Of a DNA stretch of 20,000 nucleotides, positions 18,445 through 20,000 are shown in pieces; positions within the stretch are counted from its first letter, which is position 1; every line of letters starts with the position of its first letter. Origin of the DNA: Proteromonas lacertae (lineage: Eukaryota); the NCBI GenBank assembly GCA_002245135.1, contig NGBS01000333.1:47494-67493 (forward strand). Reading direction: 5' to 3'. The translations under genes and the position numbers were made by a program. Below the pieces are notes generated by a model. The model was given only the letters and a program-made list of their open reading frames with translations. It was not told where the DNA came from and did no database searches.

Positions 18445-20000
18445 CTAAACAGGTACTGAATTCTCATTATTAGTAATTTCATCTTTAGCAACAGGTGATG
18501 AATTTGCATCAGTAATACTACTATGTACAATTTTACTAATGGGAGAACTACAATTTGGTAAAGAATGATTCTGTGGACTAATTGAAGGATGATTAAATAT
18601 CTTTGGTGATGAATGTATTATTACATTATCATCATGAAGTGGTGGTAATTCAAAGGTAATTGGTGTAAAAGTCTGTCCTTCTACTTCTTCTTCATCATCT
18701 TCTTTATATGGACTATTTGGATCTGGATCATTACTGTGATTATTAGTGTTATTTGATTTAGAATAAGGACTATCATCTAAGTTAATATTCACATTTAACT
18801 TTATTGGTTTTAATGGTAATGGAGAAGACATTTTTATTTTCTCTTTATTGATGATATATTCATTATTATTATTGTTATTCTCATAACTATCATTACTTTT
18901 AGGTGAAACAGCTCTGCTATTTGGTGATTGTAATATAATATTACGCTTCATATTAGTTCTGAATTTATACAATTGATATGCAGTAATTAATTGTAAAACT
19001 GAGTAGTAATGTCTAATATTATATTCAATATCACGATTTGTAATATGCTTCATCTTTCTATACTTTCTATTCCATGCTTTTACAGCTCTATGATCAGCAG
19101 GTAATTCAATATTGAAATTATCGTTTCCTTTCTCTCTTAAATCATCTTCCACTATTCTCTTAGCACATGCTAATACAACATCACTGAAATACACCCTTGG
19201 TTCACCATTATCTCTTTTATACATAGGAATCTTCATTTTGGCTATTCTTCTTCTTCTATCTTCGCCTATTAAATCTTCAGGAAATCCCATTGGAGGTGGT
19301 ATTCGACTGAATAAATCATCTAATTGTGACAATGGAATTGAACATTTTGCATCAACATCAAACTCATTCCAAGCTCTAACGAATTGTTCAAATTGTTCAG
19401 GAGTTAACATTGAATTCTCTGAATGAGAAACATCACCAAAACCATCCAAAATTACACCAATAAATAATTGAACTAAAATTGAACTGATAATCAAAATGAA
19501 GGAAAAAAAGAATCTATTATAAAATAATAATAATAACAATAATAATATATTATACATATAAGCCATCCAATTTCCACATCCTGTCAATGGAACACAAATT
19601 ACATCTCCACTATGTAAACAATAGTTTGGATTATATGGCGGATCAGTTTCACAATCTTCAGTATTTACACAATCATACATCAGAATATTCCATATTTCAC
19701 CAGTTGCACTTCTTATTAAAGTAACTAAAGCAGTACCAAAATTCCTAAAATTAATTCTATCATCTAATAATTCTCCATCTTTTACTTTAGCAAATAACTG
19801 AACACCTAAAACTGTATAAATAAACAACATCAACGCTAAAATACCACCAACATTAGCTAATGAAGGTAAAGTCAATAATAATGTGTTAAAAAGTGTTCTT
19901 AATGACTTTGCATTTTGTATAAGTCTAAATATTCTGCCAATTCTAAACATTCTAACTACTAATAAAGCAGATACACTTGAATCACCTAACATCAACTTCA
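18445..20000 (-). CDS. Second copy of the four-domain voltage-gated channel, 3' part (domain IV S3 to C-terminus); 5' part lies outside the window
   Basis: Reverse complement of 5400-6955 with identical protein. One synonymous change seen (AGA/AGG, 6205 vs 19195). In-frame intron at 19555-19514. Confidence 0.93.
   Translation of the reverse strand, partial: KLMLGDSSVSALLVVRMFRIGRIFRLIQNAKSLRTLFNTLLLTLPSLANVGGILALMLFIYTVLGVQLFAKVKDGELLDDRINFRNFGTALVTLIRSATGEIWNILMYDCVNTEDCETDPPYNPNYCLHSGDVICVPLTGCGNWMAYMYNILLLLLLLFYNRFFFSFILIISSILVQLFIGVILDGFGDVSHSENSMLTPEQFEQFVRAWNEFDVDAKCSIPLSQLDDLFSRIPPPMGFPEDLIGEDRRRRIAKMKIPMYKRDNGEPRVYFSDVVLACAKRIVEDDLREKGNDNFNIELPADHRAVKAWNRKYRKMKHITNRDIEYNIRHYYSVLQLITAYQLYKFRTNMKRNIILQSPNSRAVSPKSNDSYENNNNNNEYIINKEKIKMSSPLPLKPIKLNVNINLDDSPYSKSNNTNNHSNDPDPNSPYKEDDEEEVEGQTFTPITFELPPLHDDNVIIHSSPKIFNHPSISPQNHSLPNCSSPISKIVHSSITDANSSPVAKDEITNNENSVPV

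Larger units (their letters stand above)
15469..20000. repeat. Right arm of large inverted duplication (partner 5400-9929); runs off the window
   Basis: Reverse complement of 5400-9929 up to the last base of the window, except for the 146-bp core at 17795-17940. Confidence 0.97.

Noticed and set aside
5400..20000. Pure read-level fold-back artefact as the explanation of the large palindrome
   Set aside because: Synonymous differences, structured variants and the non-mirrored core are not expected from copying one molecule. A join of two haplotypes remains possible and needs read data.
1..20000. CRISPR array, prophage, or recombinase/transposase gene
   Set aside because: No repeat-spacer periodicity or relevant protein motifs; the window is eukaryotic.

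Overview
AT-rich eukaryotic (protist-like) genomic DNA with the standard genetic code and very short GT-AG introns (25-42 nt). Genes: the 5' part of a diacylglycerol-lipase-like gene (minus strand, absent from the ORF track); a complete four-domain voltage-gated Ca2+/Na+ channel alpha subunit with an atypical E-D-E-E filter; MEMO1; tRNA-Pro(UGG); and a ~2100-aa polycystin-1/REJ-GAIN-like receptor. That receptor has a tetraspanin-like module inserted in its membrane region, lacks a channel domain and carries two single-base frame changes. The dominant structure is a nested palindrome. A >=4.5-kb near-perfect inverted duplication (5400-9929 / 15469-20000, running off the window) flanks a 5.5-kb unique spacer holding the 5' part of the receptor gene. 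Each large arm contains its own ~443-bp inverted repeat (two divergent tRNA-Pro genes plus the MEMO1 3' end) around a 146-bp core. That core has the SAME orientation in both large arms, so it has flipped relative to its surroundings, and sequence variants cluster around it in a mosaic pattern suggesting gene conversion at two scales. All alignments and family assignments were made by eye; no searches were run.
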